From: an uncultured bacterium
GTDB lineage: Bacteria > Oederibacteriota > JAAXVQ01 > JAUVAV01
DNA length: 64,000 nt
NCBI GenBank assembly: GCA_963710755.1
Contig: CAVQBK010000003.1
Location: 736,001 to 800,000 of the forward strand
Direction: 5' to 3'
The translations under genes were made by a program, and so were the position numbers. Shown here piece by piece: positions 8,797 through 19,297 of this stretch. The notes below the pieces were generated by a model that saw only the letters and a list, made by a program, of their open reading frames with translations, made no database searches and was not told the origin of the DNA. Each line of letters begins with the position of its first letter. Positions within the stretch are counted from its first letter, which is position 1.

Positions 8797-10441
8797 AACA
8801 CCTGCACCATGGCGCTGGATTAGCTTGGCTGTCCTGACGGGTGTAATGGGGGCTTTGCTTCATTGGGGCGTGCTGGCGTTCCTGGCGCCAGGGCCGGCAC
8901 CAGTGGTTCTACCCTTGGAAGTAGTACAAACCGCAACGACGTCAGGCGCGGAGAAAAGTACCCGTTTGGACCTGAGCTATCAATTTGAGAAGCAAGGGTT
9001 AAAGGCCTGTTGGCTGCAAGGCCCGGCCGCGGTCCGAGGAGCCGCCTTGGCCTCCTTTTATGGCCAAGACATTGTACAAATGGTAGAGCTGACGGGCCAT
9101 CTGGAACCATCCGCCCACCCCTGGGGGGTGAAGCATTATGTGAAAGCACGCTGGCGTTTATGGACCAATCGCCGCTGGTTGTCTTCTTTTCCATCTGAGG
9201 TGGTTCAGGAAATGAGCGGCTTTAGCCTGGTCGAAGCGTCTACCACATGGACGCGGCGGCGACTGTTTAACCGGCTCCTAGGTGCGCAACTTATGTGGGA
9301 ACGTCTGAAAAGTAATCAGCATTTCTCCTGGCTTCGTGGCAGTGCTTTTGGTGTGGCTTCCACCCGTCGTTCCCAACCTGTGTGGATGGCCAGAAATTTT
9401 GACTTTGAAAAAGCGGCCCCAATGGAAACGCACAAACTGGTAATGCTTAATCATCCTGACCAGGGCTACGCTTATCTTTCCGTGACCTGGCCCGGCCAAG
9501 TAGGTGTAGTGACGGGCATGAATGAAAAAGGGCTGGGTATTGCCTTGCTTGCCGCCAGCACCCGCTCCAGCAGCGGGCAGGGCATGCCGGCCACCTTGTT
9601 GGCCAGATTGGTGATGACTCAGGCCGGATCTTTGCAGGAAGCTGTGGCGATTATTAAAGCTCATTCTATTAGACGGGCCACCTCTTTTTTTCTGGGTTCA
9701 GGAACAGAAAATCGTTTTGTGGTGGTGGAAAAGGATCCCAAACAAACGGTTCTGCGTGGGATGCATTATAATATCCTGGTGGCGACCAATCACTTTCTTT
9801 CTCCGGGATTTGAGGTGTTGTCGCCCAAACCCCGTCATTATTTAAGCAGCCGGGCGCGGTATCGGCGGCTTTTGGAATTGGTACTCAGGTACAAATCCCA
9901 TATGAATGTTCAGCGGGCCGCGAACATCCTCAGGGACCGCGCCGGGGTTCATGAACTTCCCCTGGGGACTGGGCATGCTTTTGCCATCAACAATTTCAAG
10001 ACCATCCACAGTGTGATTTTTGACCTTAGCAGCCTGACCGCGTGGGTGGCCACCTCTCCCTATCACTTGGGGCCTTATGTGCCCTTCTCCATGAAAGCTT
10101 TTGTACCTGGTCAGGAGCAGCCGGCCGTGGCCGCTGATCCTGCCATGAAAGCCGACCGGTATAAAACGTTTTTACTCTATCAATTAGGTTTCAAGGAAGC
10201 CAAACGATTGCTGCAAAAAGGCCAAGCCCAGGAAGCCTTGGCCTGGATCCAGGAAATGCAACCCCTGAATGAACGGGATTATAAGCTCTATTTGCTCGCT
10301 GCCCGGGCCCTGAAAAAATTACATCGTCGCGACGAAGCGCTGTACAACTTGTATCAGGCTCAACGGCTGCATCCTGCTACTCTGCAGGATAAACAAGCGG
10401 TGGAAAAAATGATCACGGCGCTGGAGTCCCAATCTTTTTAA
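8786..10441 (+). CDS. C45-family Ntn-hydrolase/acyltransferase-like protein with N-terminal anchor and C-terminal TPR
   Basis: ARNFDF, SVTWPG..GVVTGMNEKGL, VVVEK, ATNHF, S..RYRRL, ILRDR.G...LG...AIN...HSVIFD; TPR-like C-terminus. Confidence 0.8.
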   Translation: MKVKTPAPWRWISLAVLTGVMGALLHWGVLAFLAPGPAPVVLPLEVVQTATTSGAEKSTRLDLSYQFEKQGLKACWLQGPAAVRGAALASFYGQDIVQMVELTGHLEPSAHPWGVKHYVKARWRLWTNRRWLSSFPSEVVQEMSGFSLVEASTTWTRRRLFNRLLGAQLMWERLKSNQHFSWLRGSAFGVASTRRSQPVWMARNFDFEKAAPMETHKLVMLNHPDQGYAYLSVTWPGQVGVVTGMNEKGLGIALLAASTRSSSGQGMPATLLARLVMTQAGSLQEAVAIIKAHSIRRATSFFLGSGTENRFVVVEKDPKQTVLRGMHYNILVATNHFLSPGFEVLSPKPRHYLSSRARYRRLLELVLRYKSHMNVQRAANILRDRAGVHELPLGTGHAFAINNFKTIHSVIFDLSSLTAWVATSPYHLGPYVPFSMKAFVPGQEQPAVAADPAMKADRYKTFLLYQLGFKEAKRLLQKGQAQEALAWIQEMQPLNERDYKLYLLAARALKKLHRRDEALYNLYQAQRLHPATLQDKQAVEKMITALESQSF

Positions 10442-10683
10442 AAGTGACGCTGAAATAGTCCAATCGTTGTTTTTCGATTGCTTCTTGAAGAAAACCCCTT
10501 ATAATGCCAAACGTGTCGAGGAATACCTTGAAAAGATACATCACCCATCAAAGCGACACAGGATTTACCAAGGCAAGTATGAATGGGAAAAATTTATCAT
10601 CAACCTGGTTAATCATTGGCTGAGCCCTTTGAGGACTCGTGTCGTCCTGGTGTATCGTTCAAAGACCTTCAGGAAACAGGATC

Positions 10684-11805
10684 ATGAAAATTGCAGTAGC
10701 GTTATCAGGCGGCGTGGATTCCACGGCCGTGGCTTATCAATTGAAAAAGGAAGGCCATGAAGTGGTGGGCCTAACCATGCGGTTATGTCCCGATGTAAGC
10801 GGCCTTCCTGATACCTCCAAGTCCATCCACCGGGCCCGACCCGGTTTGGCAGAGCATGGGTGCACCCAATGCATCGCGCCCTGTGCCTGTGTGGATGGCC
10901 GTCATTGTGCCCGGGAATTGGGCATACGCCATGAAATTATTGATTTACGTGATCAGTTTGAACAGCAGGTGATCACTCCTTTTGTGGAGGCCTTTGTGGC
11001 CGGCATCACGCCCAATCCTTGCGCGTGGTGCAACCGTGCCATGAAATTTGGGGCCTTGCTGGAGGTGGCCCTCGACCTGGGATGCGACCGCTTGGCCACC
11101 GGACATTATGCCCGCTTAGACTATGACCAACATGGGGCCTATGTGACCCGGGCGGCCGACCAAAGCAAAGATCAGACTTATTTTATGGCCCTGGTGCCCA
11201 GAGCACGGTTTCAATACGCCTTGTTTCCCCTGGGGGACAAGACCAAACAAATTGTCCAATCGCATATGTCCCAAGCAGGTCTTATTGAGCAGGATCAGGA
11301 AACCAGTACGGAAATATGCTTTTTACGGGAAAGGTCCTATACCGAGTTTATCAAGGAACGTTATCCCAATGCTTTTACGCCCGGCCCCATTGTGGATCAG
11401 CAAGGACGGATTCTGGGTGAACACAAAGGGCTGCCCGCTTATACTATCGGCCAGCGCAAAGGTTTGGGGGTAGCCGCAGCGCATCCTTTGTATGTGCTGC
11501 GGCTGGAACCGGACTCCAACGAGTTGGTGGTGGGTCCCGATGAGGAACTATGGACCCGGTCGGTTGATGTGGATACCGTGAACTGGATGGACGCCCTGCC
11601 TGATCAACCTCTGGCGGTCCAGGCCCTCATTCGTTATCGTCAGCGTCCAGTGCCGGCCATGCTGACCGCGACAGCGGCGCAGACATTTTCTCTGGTTTTT
11701 GACCAACCGGTGCGGGCCGTGACCCCCGGGCAGGTGGCCGCGGTCTTTGACCAGGACAAGCTTCTGGCCGGCGGTCTGATCAAGCGGCCTGACCCGGGTG
11801 GCTGA
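10684..11805 (+). CDS. mnmA: tRNA 2-thiouridylase MnmA
   Basis: SGGVDS, TPNPCAWCN, ATGHYA, KDQTYF, EICF, YTIGQRKGLG and VTPGQ motifs. Confidence 0.97.
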   Translation: MKIAVALSGGVDSTAVAYQLKKEGHEVVGLTMRLCPDVSGLPDTSKSIHRARPGLAEHGCTQCIAPCACVDGRHCARELGIRHEIIDLRDQFEQQVITPFVEAFVAGITPNPCAWCNRAMKFGALLEVALDLGCDRLATGHYARLDYDQHGAYVTRAADQSKDQTYFMALVPRARFQYALFPLGDKTKQIVQSHMSQAGLIEQDQETSTEICFLRERSYTEFIKERYPNAFTPGPIVDQQGRILGEHKGLPAYTIGQRKGLGVAAAHPLYVLRLEPDSNELVVGPDEELWTRSVDVDTVNWMDALPDQPLAVQALIRYRQRPVPAMLTATAAQTFSLVFDQPVRAVTPGQVAAVFDQDKLLAGGLIKRPDPGG

Positions 11806-11885
11806 GTGACCAACCAATCAGTTCTTGCCGCGAAAAGAAGTCTTTTCGCAACCAGAACTACGTAGAATACGGGGTTAATTCAAAT

Positions 11886-13037
11886 ATGACTGCCAAGAGA
11901 AAATTAATTGTGATCGGGGCTTCCACGGGCACTCTTAGCCTAGTGCAACGGTTGCATGAGAAATGGCCCGGCACTTTGGAGATCACGGTGCTTAATAGTC
12001 AGCCCTTTTGGTTCCACGAGTTTATGGCCTTGGAGGCCCTGAGCGGCACCTATGGGTTACGGGATATCAAGGTGGATCTGGAACCTCTGCTGAGAGCGTG
12101 GAAGGCCGACTTTCTGCAAGATAAACTGGCCTCCTTGTTGCCAAGTCAGCAAAAAGTATTAACCGAGAGCGGCCGTTTGCTGTCCTACGATGTTCTTCTT
12201 TTTGATGCCTGGCCGGAAGTGGCCTGTCCCAGTCCGGACATTCCTGTGGTTGGCCATTATTTTCTAAAACCCAGTTATGCAGTTCTGGAAATCGTCAATG
12301 AACTGGAAACTCTTTTGGAACTGGAACAGCCGGGCAAAATTGAAATCGTGATTCTTGGCGGGAGTGCAACCGGCGTGGTGGCGGCCCTGCAGCTGGAGGC
12401 CTGGCTGCGCACCAGACGCCATCCCCATACCTGGTCCATCACCATGATTGAAGAACGTTCCCGACTTCTGCCGCACTGGCCGGAGCAGGCCGCTGAGATC
12501 ACGGCGCGCTTTTGCAGGATGGGCGGAATTTCGGTATTGACGGACAGTGCGGTGGAGCATGTGCAATCTAACCGGGTCGTCATGAACCAAGGCCGCACTG
12601 TGCCTTTTGATCTGGCCGTGAGGACTTATCCGGAGTGTGAACGATGGGTGTTTGAAAAAATGAGTCTTCCTACGGATGATGACGGCCGCGTCCGCACCAA
12701 TGCGATGGATCAGGTGGAGGGATTTCCGGCTATTTTTAGCATGGGCGAAAGCAGTCATGGAAGCACCCACTGGCCGGTCTCCGGGTCGAAGGATATTAAG
12801 CTGGTGGCCCGGAATCTCATGGCTTTTTTGGAAGGTCAAAAGTTAAGGCCGCGACCAAGGAAAAAGCCGGCTGCGCAGATGCTGCCCCTGGACAAGGTCT
12901 TTGCGATGATAGTCAGAGGGAAAAAAGCAATTTATGGCCGATGGTGTCTAAAAATGCTGCATTGGCAACAACAGCGGGCCATGAAGAAATGGCATGAGCT
13001 TGAGCGAGCGGGTGCGGCTAAACTAAAGGAAAGTTAA
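11886..13037 (+). CDS. FAD/NAD(P) pyridine nucleotide-disulfide oxidoreductase-like protein (degenerate)
   Basis: [26 protein letters not shown] and [13 protein letters not shown] follow the NDH-2/AIF-like layout. Confidence 0.7.
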   Translation: MTAKRKLIVIGASTGTLSLVQRLHEKWPGTLEITVLNSQPFWFHEFMALEALSGTYGLRDIKVDLEPLLRAWKADFLQDKLASLLPSQQKVLTESGRLLSYDVLLFDAWPEVACPSPDIPVVGHYFLKPSYAVLEIVNELETLLELEQPGKIEIVILGGSATGVVAALQLEAWLRTRRHPHTWSITMIEERSRLLPHWPEQAAEITARFCRMGGISVLTDSAVEHVQSNRVVMNQGRTVPFDLAVRTYPECERWVFEKMSLPTDDDGRVRTNAMDQVEGFPAIFSMGESSHGSTHWPVSGSKDIKLVARNLMAFLEGQKLRPRPRKKPAAQMLPLDKVFAMIVRGKKAIYGRWCLKMLHWQQQRAMKKWHELERAGAAKLKES

Positions 13038-13066
13038 TGTAACCAAGGAGAAAAAAGAGGCTGCCT

Positions 13067-15955
13067 ATGGCATTGGATAAGATTATTATTAAAGGAGCCC
13101 GGGAACATAATTTGAAAAATGTGGATGTGGTCATCCCCCGGGACCAATTGGTGGTGATTACCGGACTTTCGGGTTCAGGCAAATCATCGTTGGCTTTTGA
13201 TACCATTTATGCTGAGGGCCAGCGGCGGTATGTGGAAAGTCTGTCCGCTTACGCACGGCAATTTTTGGGTCAAATGGAAAAACCCGATGTGGACAGTATT
13301 GAAGGTCTGTCTCCGGCGATTGCCATTGAGCAAAAAAGCGGCTCCAAAAATCCGCGTTCCACGGTGGGGACCGTCACGGAAATTTATGATCATTTGCGGT
13401 TGCTGTTTGCACGGCTGGGCGAACCTCATTGCCCGCAGTGCGGCCGGCCGATTCAAAAACAAACCGTTCAGGAAATGGTGGACCAAATCCTGGCGCTGCC
13501 CCTCAATAGCCGCCTTATGCTGCTGGCGCCGGTGGTCCAATCCCGTAAAGGCGAGTATAAAAAACTTTTCACTGATTTAAAACGGGAAGGTTATGTGCGT
13601 GTCCGGGTGGACGGTGAAGTCCATGATTTGGATGACTCTATTGTTCTGGATAAAAAGAAGAAACATGATGTGGAAGTGGTGGTTGACCGTCTGGTGGTAA
13701 AACCGGAAATCAGCCGGCGTTTGGCTGATTCCTTGGAAACGGCTTTGAAAAAAGGTGAAGGTAATGTTTTGGTCATGCAATTGGACAAGGATTTGTCCAA
13801 GCAGGAGAAAAAAAGCCATCAGCGGGCGGCGCGCGATGAGCGCACATTGGTGTTCTCCGCCAACTATGCCTGCCCCCATTGCGGTCTTTCCTTCGAAGAG
13901 TTGGAACCGCGTATGTTCTCTTTCAACTCGCCGCAAGGCGCCTGTCCGGCTTGTACCGGGCTGGGCATGAAAATGGAAGTGGATCCTGAATTGGTGGTCG
14001 ATCCTGACCTGAGTCTGGACCGAGGTGCCATTATCCCCTGGAATTCCCAAACGGCGCATGTATATCAATCCATGTTGAAATCAGTGGCCAAGCATTTCGA
14101 TTTTTCTATGCATGTGCCTTGGAAAAATCTGCGTAGCGAGCATAAAAAAATCATCCTTTATGGGTCCGGCGAGGAGCGGCTGCCTTTTAATTTTCGCGGC
14201 AGCGATTCTTCCTACAACTACACGGGCGTGTTTGAAGGGGTCATTCCCAGAACAGAACGGATCTATAAGGAAACCGAGTCGGATTATATCCGTGATGATA
14301 TTGCCGACCACTATATGCGCATTAAAACCTGTACCAGTTGCGGCGGCCGGCGGTTGCGGCCCGAGAGCCTGGCTGTACTGATCAGGCAGAAAAATATTAT
14401 TCAAATTACTGAAATGACCATAAGTGAAGCCAAGATTTTTTTCGAGGCCATGGAACTGACCCGGCGTGAGGAGAAAATCGGGCATCAGTTAATTAAGGAG
14501 ATTAAATCGCGGCTCACTTTTTTGTCCAACGTGGGGTTAGATTACCTTACCCTGGACCGCACCACAGGTACGCTTTCCGGCGGGGAAGCTCAGCGTATCC
14601 ATCTAGCCACGCAAATCGGGTCGTCACTGGTGGGGGTGCTTTATATTCTGGATGAACCTTCCATTGGTCTGCACCAACGGGACAACCAGCGCCTGCTTAA
14701 CACCCTGCGCCATTTGCAGCAACTGGGCAATACCGTTTTGGTCGTGGAGCATGATGAAGAAACCATGATCCAGGCCGACCACTTGATCGACATTGGTCCT
14801 GGAGCCGGTATTCATGGCGGCATCATTGTGGCCCAGGGCACACCCAAAGAAGTGATGGCCAATGCCCAATCGCTTACAGGCCAGTATCTCTCGGGTGTAC
14901 TTAAGGTTCCTGTTCCTGAGCAACGCCGGCCGTCCAACGGTCAGGTGCTGAGCCTGGCAGGTGCTCAAACCAATAACTTAAAGTCCGTTTCCGTCACCAT
15001 GCCCCTGGGGACCTTTATCTGCGTTACCGGTGTGTCGGGCTCGGGAAAAAGTTCGCTGATCCAGGAGACTTTGGAACCGGCCCTGCGTCATGCGGTTTAT
15101 CATGGCCGCATTAAACCTCCTGGCTATAAAAATCTGCAGGGGGCGGAAAACTTGGACAAGGTGATTGACATTGACCAGTCGCCCATTGGCCGCACGCCCC
15201 GGTCCAATCCCGCCACGTATACTGGGGCCTTTAATGAGATTCGCGATTTATTTGCCAATACGCAGGAGGCTAAACGGCGGGGCTATAAACCAGGACGTTT
15301 CTCCTTCAATGTCAGGGGCGGTCGCTGTGAAGCCTGTGACGGCGACGGCATCATTAAGATTGAAATGCATTTTTTACCCGATGTTTATGTTCCTTGTGAA
15401 ATCTGCAAGGGAAAACGCTATAACCGCGAGACCTTGGAAGTGACTTATAAGGGCAAGACCATTGCCGATGTGCTGGATATGATCGTGGATGAAGCCTTGA
15501 TGTTTTTTGAGGCTATTCCCAAATTAAAACGTATTCTGCAAACCATCAGTGATGTGGGCCTGGGCTATATTAAGCTGGGGCAATCAGCCACCACTTTGTC
15601 CGGCGGCGAAGCCCAACGGCTGAAATTATCTTCAGAACTGGGGAAAAAATCCACGGGCAGGACTTTATACATTCTGGATGAACCCACCACGGGCCTGCAT
15701 TTCGCTGATGTGCAAAAACTGCTCGATGTTCTGGGCCGGCTGGTGGATGCCGGCAATACGGTGATTGTGGTGGAACATAATTTGGATGTGATCAAATCCG
15801 CTGATTTTGTCCTTGATCTGGGGCCTGAGGGTGGCAACCAAGGCGGAGAAGTGGTGGCCTTTGGAAGGCCTGAAGACATTGTCAAGGAAAAGCGTTCTTA
15901 TACAGGGCAGTACTTAAAAAACTTATTGGCCGAAGCAAAGGCGCAGCTGGTCTGA
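13067..15955 (+). CDS. uvrA: Excinuclease ABC subunit A
   Basis: [23 protein letters not shown], two ABC cassettes with LSGGEAQR, zinc fingers. Confidence 0.99.
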   Translation: MALDKIIIKGAREHNLKNVDVVIPRDQLVVITGLSGSGKSSLAFDTIYAEGQRRYVESLSAYARQFLGQMEKPDVDSIEGLSPAIAIEQKSGSKNPRSTVGTVTEIYDHLRLLFARLGEPHCPQCGRPIQKQTVQEMVDQILALPLNSRLMLLAPVVQSRKGEYKKLFTDLKREGYVRVRVDGEVHDLDDSIVLDKKKKHDVEVVVDRLVVKPEISRRLADSLETALKKGEGNVLVMQLDKDLSKQEKKSHQRAARDERTLVFSANYACPHCGLSFEELEPRMFSFNSPQGACPACTGLGMKMEVDPELVVDPDLSLDRGAIIPWNSQTAHVYQSMLKSVAKHFDFSMHVPWKNLRSEHKKIILYGSGEERLPFNFRGSDSSYNYTGVFEGVIPRTERIYKETESDYIRDDIADHYMRIKTCTSCGGRRLRPESLAVLIRQKNIIQITEMTISEAKIFFEAMELTRREEKIGHQLIKEIKSRLTFLSNVGLDYLTLDRTTGTLSGGEAQRIHLATQIGSSLVGVLYILDEPSIGLHQRDNQRLLNTLRHLQQLGNTVLVVEHDEETMIQADHLIDIGPGAGIHGGIIVAQGTPKEVMANAQSLTGQYLSGVLKVPVPEQRRPSNGQVLSLAGAQTNNLKSVSVTMPLGTFICVTGVSGSGKSSLIQETLEPALRHAVYHGRIKPPGYKNLQGAENLDKVIDIDQSPIGRTPRSNPATYTGAFNEIRDLFANTQEAKRRGYKPGRFSFNVRGGRCEACDGDGIIKIEMHFLPDVYVPCEICKGKRYNRETLEVTYKGKTIADVLDMIVDEALMFFEAIPKLKRILQTISDVGLGYIKLGQSATTLSGGEAQRLKLSSELGKKSTGRTLYILDEPTTGLHFADVQKLLDVLGRLVDAGNTVIVVEHNLDVIKSADFVLDLGPEGGNQGGEVVAFGRPEDIVKEKRSYTGQYLKNLLAEAKAQLV

Positions 15956-16046
15956 TTTCAGTTGGAACGATTTTTAGGCTATGCTATACTCGGCTTGTTT
16001 AAGCCTGGGATAAAAAGAGTTAGAACATCCCGTTTTTTGGTGAGGG

Positions 16047-16400
16047 ATGGAGGCCATGGTGAAAATAGACACAGCATTGGAAAACTTCATGACTGAAATT
16101 ATTGGGTCATTGTTAATGTGGGAATTGGTGGTGTTTATCGCGACCAATCCCGGCATTGCCGACAATGCCGATGGGATCGCCGGCCGGTTGGGCCGGCGGC
16201 GCAAAGATATTGTGCATTTGCTTGATCAATTATGCACTCATCAAATCCTGAAAAAATGGGGAGATCCTTCCGATCCGGTATATGCTTATCATCCGTCGCC
16301 CACCTTGGCCAAGACCATCGAGCATTTTTTAGAAGTTAATGCTGAAAAAGATGGTCGGCTGTTAATTTGGAGCCAGCTGTTAAAACAAGGGGTACGCTAA
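16047..16400 (+). CDS. Small hypothetical protein, probable winged helix
   Basis: IAGRLGRRRKDIVHLLDQL...IL...P VY pattern; extended -10 TGcTATACT upstream (~15982-15990). Confidence 0.6.
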   Translation: MEAMVKIDTALENFMTEIIGSLLMWELVVFIATNPGIADNADGIAGRLGRRRKDIVHLLDQLCTHQILKKWGDPSDPVYAYHPSPTLAKTIEHFLEVNAEKDGRLLIWSQLLKQGVR

Positions 16401-16446
16401 ACCCGGGCTTCCAAATTAAGAACCAAAGGAGCAGGAGAATAAGCAG

Positions 16447-17238
16447 TTGGGAATATATGAGATTCAATTGAAAAATTTTTCCTGGCCCGGCCATCTGCAG
16501 TTAGGAGACCTCGAGATGGAAGGCCGGTGGCTGCGTTGCCGCTGTGAGGAAGACCAAAACGCGTTATCCCGGATGAATAACTTGCTGGAGTTGATGGAGT
16601 TTTATAACGAGCAGGGCATTAGGTTTGAGGAAAAATCGGCGCGGGGCTTTACCCGAATAAAAGCACAGCGTAGGCCCCTGACGGATAGCAAGGTACCGCT
16701 GACGGCCACACCGGCAGCTTTGGAGCATTTTTTACAACAAGCCTATGGCCGTTACCGTGATCAAGCTTACCGGCAGCAAACCGGCGTACATTGGGGGCTG
16801 GCGTATTACCTGTCGGCTTCGAACATTACCCTTTTGCAAACCCGTTTTTTATGTTTGTTTTCAGCCTTTGAGTTAATTCTGGCCCATGTCACCCCGCCGG
16901 CAGCTGAAGGTCCCCTGGCGGGCCTGATTTTTGCGGTAAAATCCATTCCCAGTATTCCTTCCAAAACACGCGATGTGGCCGCTGCCCGTCTGGCAGCGCC
17001 CAATTTAGCGGAACGGATGATTGAATTTGTCCGCCTCAGTGGTATTAAAGGAGTAACCTTTCAGCCTGGCCATGAAGAGTTGTACCGGTTTGACGAATTG
17101 TTAAGATTAAGGGAAGAATTCTCCAAAAAAGGCTTTTCGCCGCGCTATGACTTAGATGATCGCCAGCTGTCTTTTTACGGGGAGCAATTAAAAAAACTGG
17201 TGCGCGAAAGCATTATCCTGCTTCTGACCAGATTATAG
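16447..17238 (+). CDS. Hypothetical protein (C-terminal HEPN-like helical region, apparently inactive)
   Basis: aggaga RBS before TTG; RFLCLFSAFEL and LLRLREEFSKKG resemble HEPN helices but lack the RxxxxH motif. Confidence 0.55.
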   Translation: MGIYEIQLKNFSWPGHLQLGDLEMEGRWLRCRCEEDQNALSRMNNLLELMEFYNEQGIRFEEKSARGFTRIKAQRRPLTDSKVPLTATPAALEHFLQQAYGRYRDQAYRQQTGVHWGLAYYLSASNITLLQTRFLCLFSAFELILAHVTPPAAEGPLAGLIFAVKSIPSIPSKTRDVAAARLAAPNLAERMIEFVRLSGIKGVTFQPGHEELYRFDELLRLREEFSKKGFSPRYDLDDRQLSFYGEQLKKLVRESIILLLTRL

Positions 17239-17337
17239 GACCATGTCAATGCTGCGGCCCTTGCCAAAGCAACTCAAAATAAAATATCCCTCAATGAATT
17301 GCAGGAAATTCGAGAGGTAGGCGTTAAGGAAATTATT

Positions 17338-18147
17338 ATGACAGAGGATCACAGGCAACAGCCCCGCCAGGACCGGCGCTTGGGAGAGGAATGGGCGGAT
17401 TGGGACGGACATCTGAGACCGGCGCATTTGCAGGTTTCCGCCAGGCTCTATGCGGGACTGAACATTTTACTTACGCTTATGCTGGCCGCGGCGGGCGTGT
17501 TGGTTATTTGGCTCATTGGCCCCCGCTTGGAACAACTGCTGAATAGACAGGTCATATTGGTTCTGACCTATGGCTGGCTGGGGTTGATCATGGGGTGGCT
17601 GTTTTTACTCCTGCTGGCTTTAAGCAAAGTGTCATGGGCACTGCGGCTATTGCAGCGGTTGGGCGGCATCCGGTGGAGCCTAAATATGGGCTTGAGCTTG
17701 GGGCGCAAGCTCGGGTTTTCCAAAGATGAAATCGGGCATGCTTATGTTCAACTGCACAATCGTTTGGAAGTTCTGCCCAGCCTTATTAAAGATCCTGTAA
17801 AACTTTTGGTGCTGGCACCGCGGTGCTTGCAAAAAGAGAGCCAAATGGGGTTGAAAGCTCTGAAGGATAAATATGGTTTTTCACAAGTGATTGTGGTGGG
17901 CGGCACTGAAGCCAGACGAGCCATTAAAACAGTAAGGCCCCGGGGGATCATTGCTATTGCCTGTGAGCGCGATTTATTGTCAGGCATAAAAGATTTAAGG
18001 GGTAAAATTCCGGTCATTGCCTTCCCCAACCAAATGCCGGAAGGTCCTTGTAAAAATACGGTTATTCCCCTTGACAGTATTGAAAAAACAGTGACAATAC
18101 TGCTTGGTAAACCATGGCCGCATCTGCTTACGGATGAGGTCAGTTAA
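17338..18147 (+). CDS. DUF116-domain membrane protein
   Basis: Two TM helices, then LAPRCLQ, GGT.AR, AIACERDL.SG and N..P.GPC.NT motifs. Confidence 0.85.
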   Translation: MTEDHRQQPRQDRRLGEEWADWDGHLRPAHLQVSARLYAGLNILLTLMLAAAGVLVIWLIGPRLEQLLNRQVILVLTYGWLGLIMGWLFLLLLALSKVSWALRLLQRLGGIRWSLNMGLSLGRKLGFSKDEIGHAYVQLHNRLEVLPSLIKDPVKLLVLAPRCLQKESQMGLKALKDKYGFSQVIVVGGTEARRAIKTVRPRGIIAIACERDLLSGIKDLRGKIPVIAFPNQMPEGPCKNTVIPLDSIEKTVTILLGKPWPHLLTDEVS

Positions 18148-18175
18148 GTTATAATCACTTTAAGGAGGCGTTTCA

Positions 18176-18367
18176 ATGAAAGTATCAATTGATGAGTCAT
18201 TGTGCACAGGGTGTAGTCTTTGTGTCACTGATTTACCGGAAGTTTTTGAAATGGGTGACAATGGTCTGGCCAAGGTGTTGGTGGAATCACCGGAAGGTGA
18301 TTTGGCTGACCGGGCCCGCGATACTGCGCCCACCTGTCCGGCTTCTGCCATTATCATTGAAGAATAA
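18176..18367 (+). CDS. Single-cluster ferredoxin
   Basis: CTGCSLC...PEVF...CPASAI; aaggagg RBS. Confidence 0.92.
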   Translation: MKVSIDESLCTGCSLCVTDLPEVFEMGDNGLAKVLVESPEGDLADRARDTAPTCPASAIIIEE

Positions 18368-18379
18368 TTACTTTTAACC

Positions 18380-18417
18380 AAAAAGGCGGTACTGTCATCA
18401 GGCAGTACCGCCTTTTT
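18380..18417. terminator. Rho-independent terminator (bidirectional-looking)
   Basis: AAAAAGGCGGTACTG-tcatcagg-CAGTACCGCCTTTTT directly after the ferredoxin gene. Confidence 0.85.
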
Positions 18418-18441
18418 GCTTTCCAGCCACGAGGTACAACC

Positions 18442-19176
18442 ATGACCCGTTGGGCCGTGATTTCAGATATCCATGGTAATGCCGAGGCCTTGCAAGCCGC
18501 AGCCGCGGTAATCGTTCACCAGCAGGTTGACCGTATCTTGTGTCTGGGCGATGTGGTAGGTTATGGCGCCCAGCCGCAAACCTGTCTGGAATGGGTCCAA
18601 CAAAACTGCCAACACTGTGTTCTAGGCAATCATGAGATGATGGTCATGCATGATGATCTTCCTTGGAAGGTCCGTGACGATGTTCGCCAGGTCATACGCT
18701 GGACCAGAACTGCCTGTAGCTCGAGCCTGTTGGAGCAGGTGAAACATTGGCCTCTGATCCTTCCTCTGAGATCTTGCCTGATGGTACACGGCTCTCCCTG
18801 GGAACCGGAGCAGTTTCATTATATTTTCAGTCCTTGGGACGCCAGCCAGGCTTTTGAACAAGCCGGGGAAGCCCTGATTCTGGTAGGTCATACGCACCGG
18901 CCGGCTTTTATTGAAGTCGCCCCCGGCAAGTCTCCCCGGTGGAATCCCTTGTCCAACCTGGTGACCTTGCTGCCGGATAAGCGATATATTATTAATGTGG
19001 GCAGCATTGGTCAACCTCGCAACGGTGACCCCCGAGCCCAATGGCTTATATGGGATGATACCTTGGGGATCATTACGTTTCATGCCACACCCTATGCTAT
19101 TGACCGGGCTCAGCGGAAAATATTGGATGCCGGGTTGCCACGCTGGTTTGCAGAACGACTGGCTCAAGGCTATTAG
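18442..19176 (+). CDS. Calcineurin-like metallophosphoesterase
   Basis: SDIHGN, LGDVVGYG, GNHE, HGSP, GHTH and NVGSIGQPR.GD motifs. Confidence 0.92.
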   Translation: MTRWAVISDIHGNAEALQAAAAVIVHQQVDRILCLGDVVGYGAQPQTCLEWVQQNCQHCVLGNHEMMVMHDDLPWKVRDDVRQVIRWTRTACSSSLLEQVKHWPLILPLRSCLMVHGSPWEPEQFHYIFSPWDASQAFEQAGEALILVGHTHRPAFIEVAPGKSPRWNPLSNLVTLLPDKRYIINVGSIGQPRNGDPRAQWLIWDDTLGIITFHATPYAIDRAQRKILDAGLPRWFAERLAQGY

Positions 19177-19297
19177 TGCCGGCAGGGCTGACTTTTATAC
19201 GTTTCCATTAACCTCCGGGGGTTCCCCCCGGCATGAATGAGAAAAAATAAAATAAAATTCTACTCGAATCAACTATCCTGCCCAAGCCGCAGGATAG

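Noticed and set aside
10467-10760. 97-aa ORF before mnmA
   Set aside because: Overlaps mnmA, has a TTG start without RBS and runs through promoter-like and repeat-like DNA.
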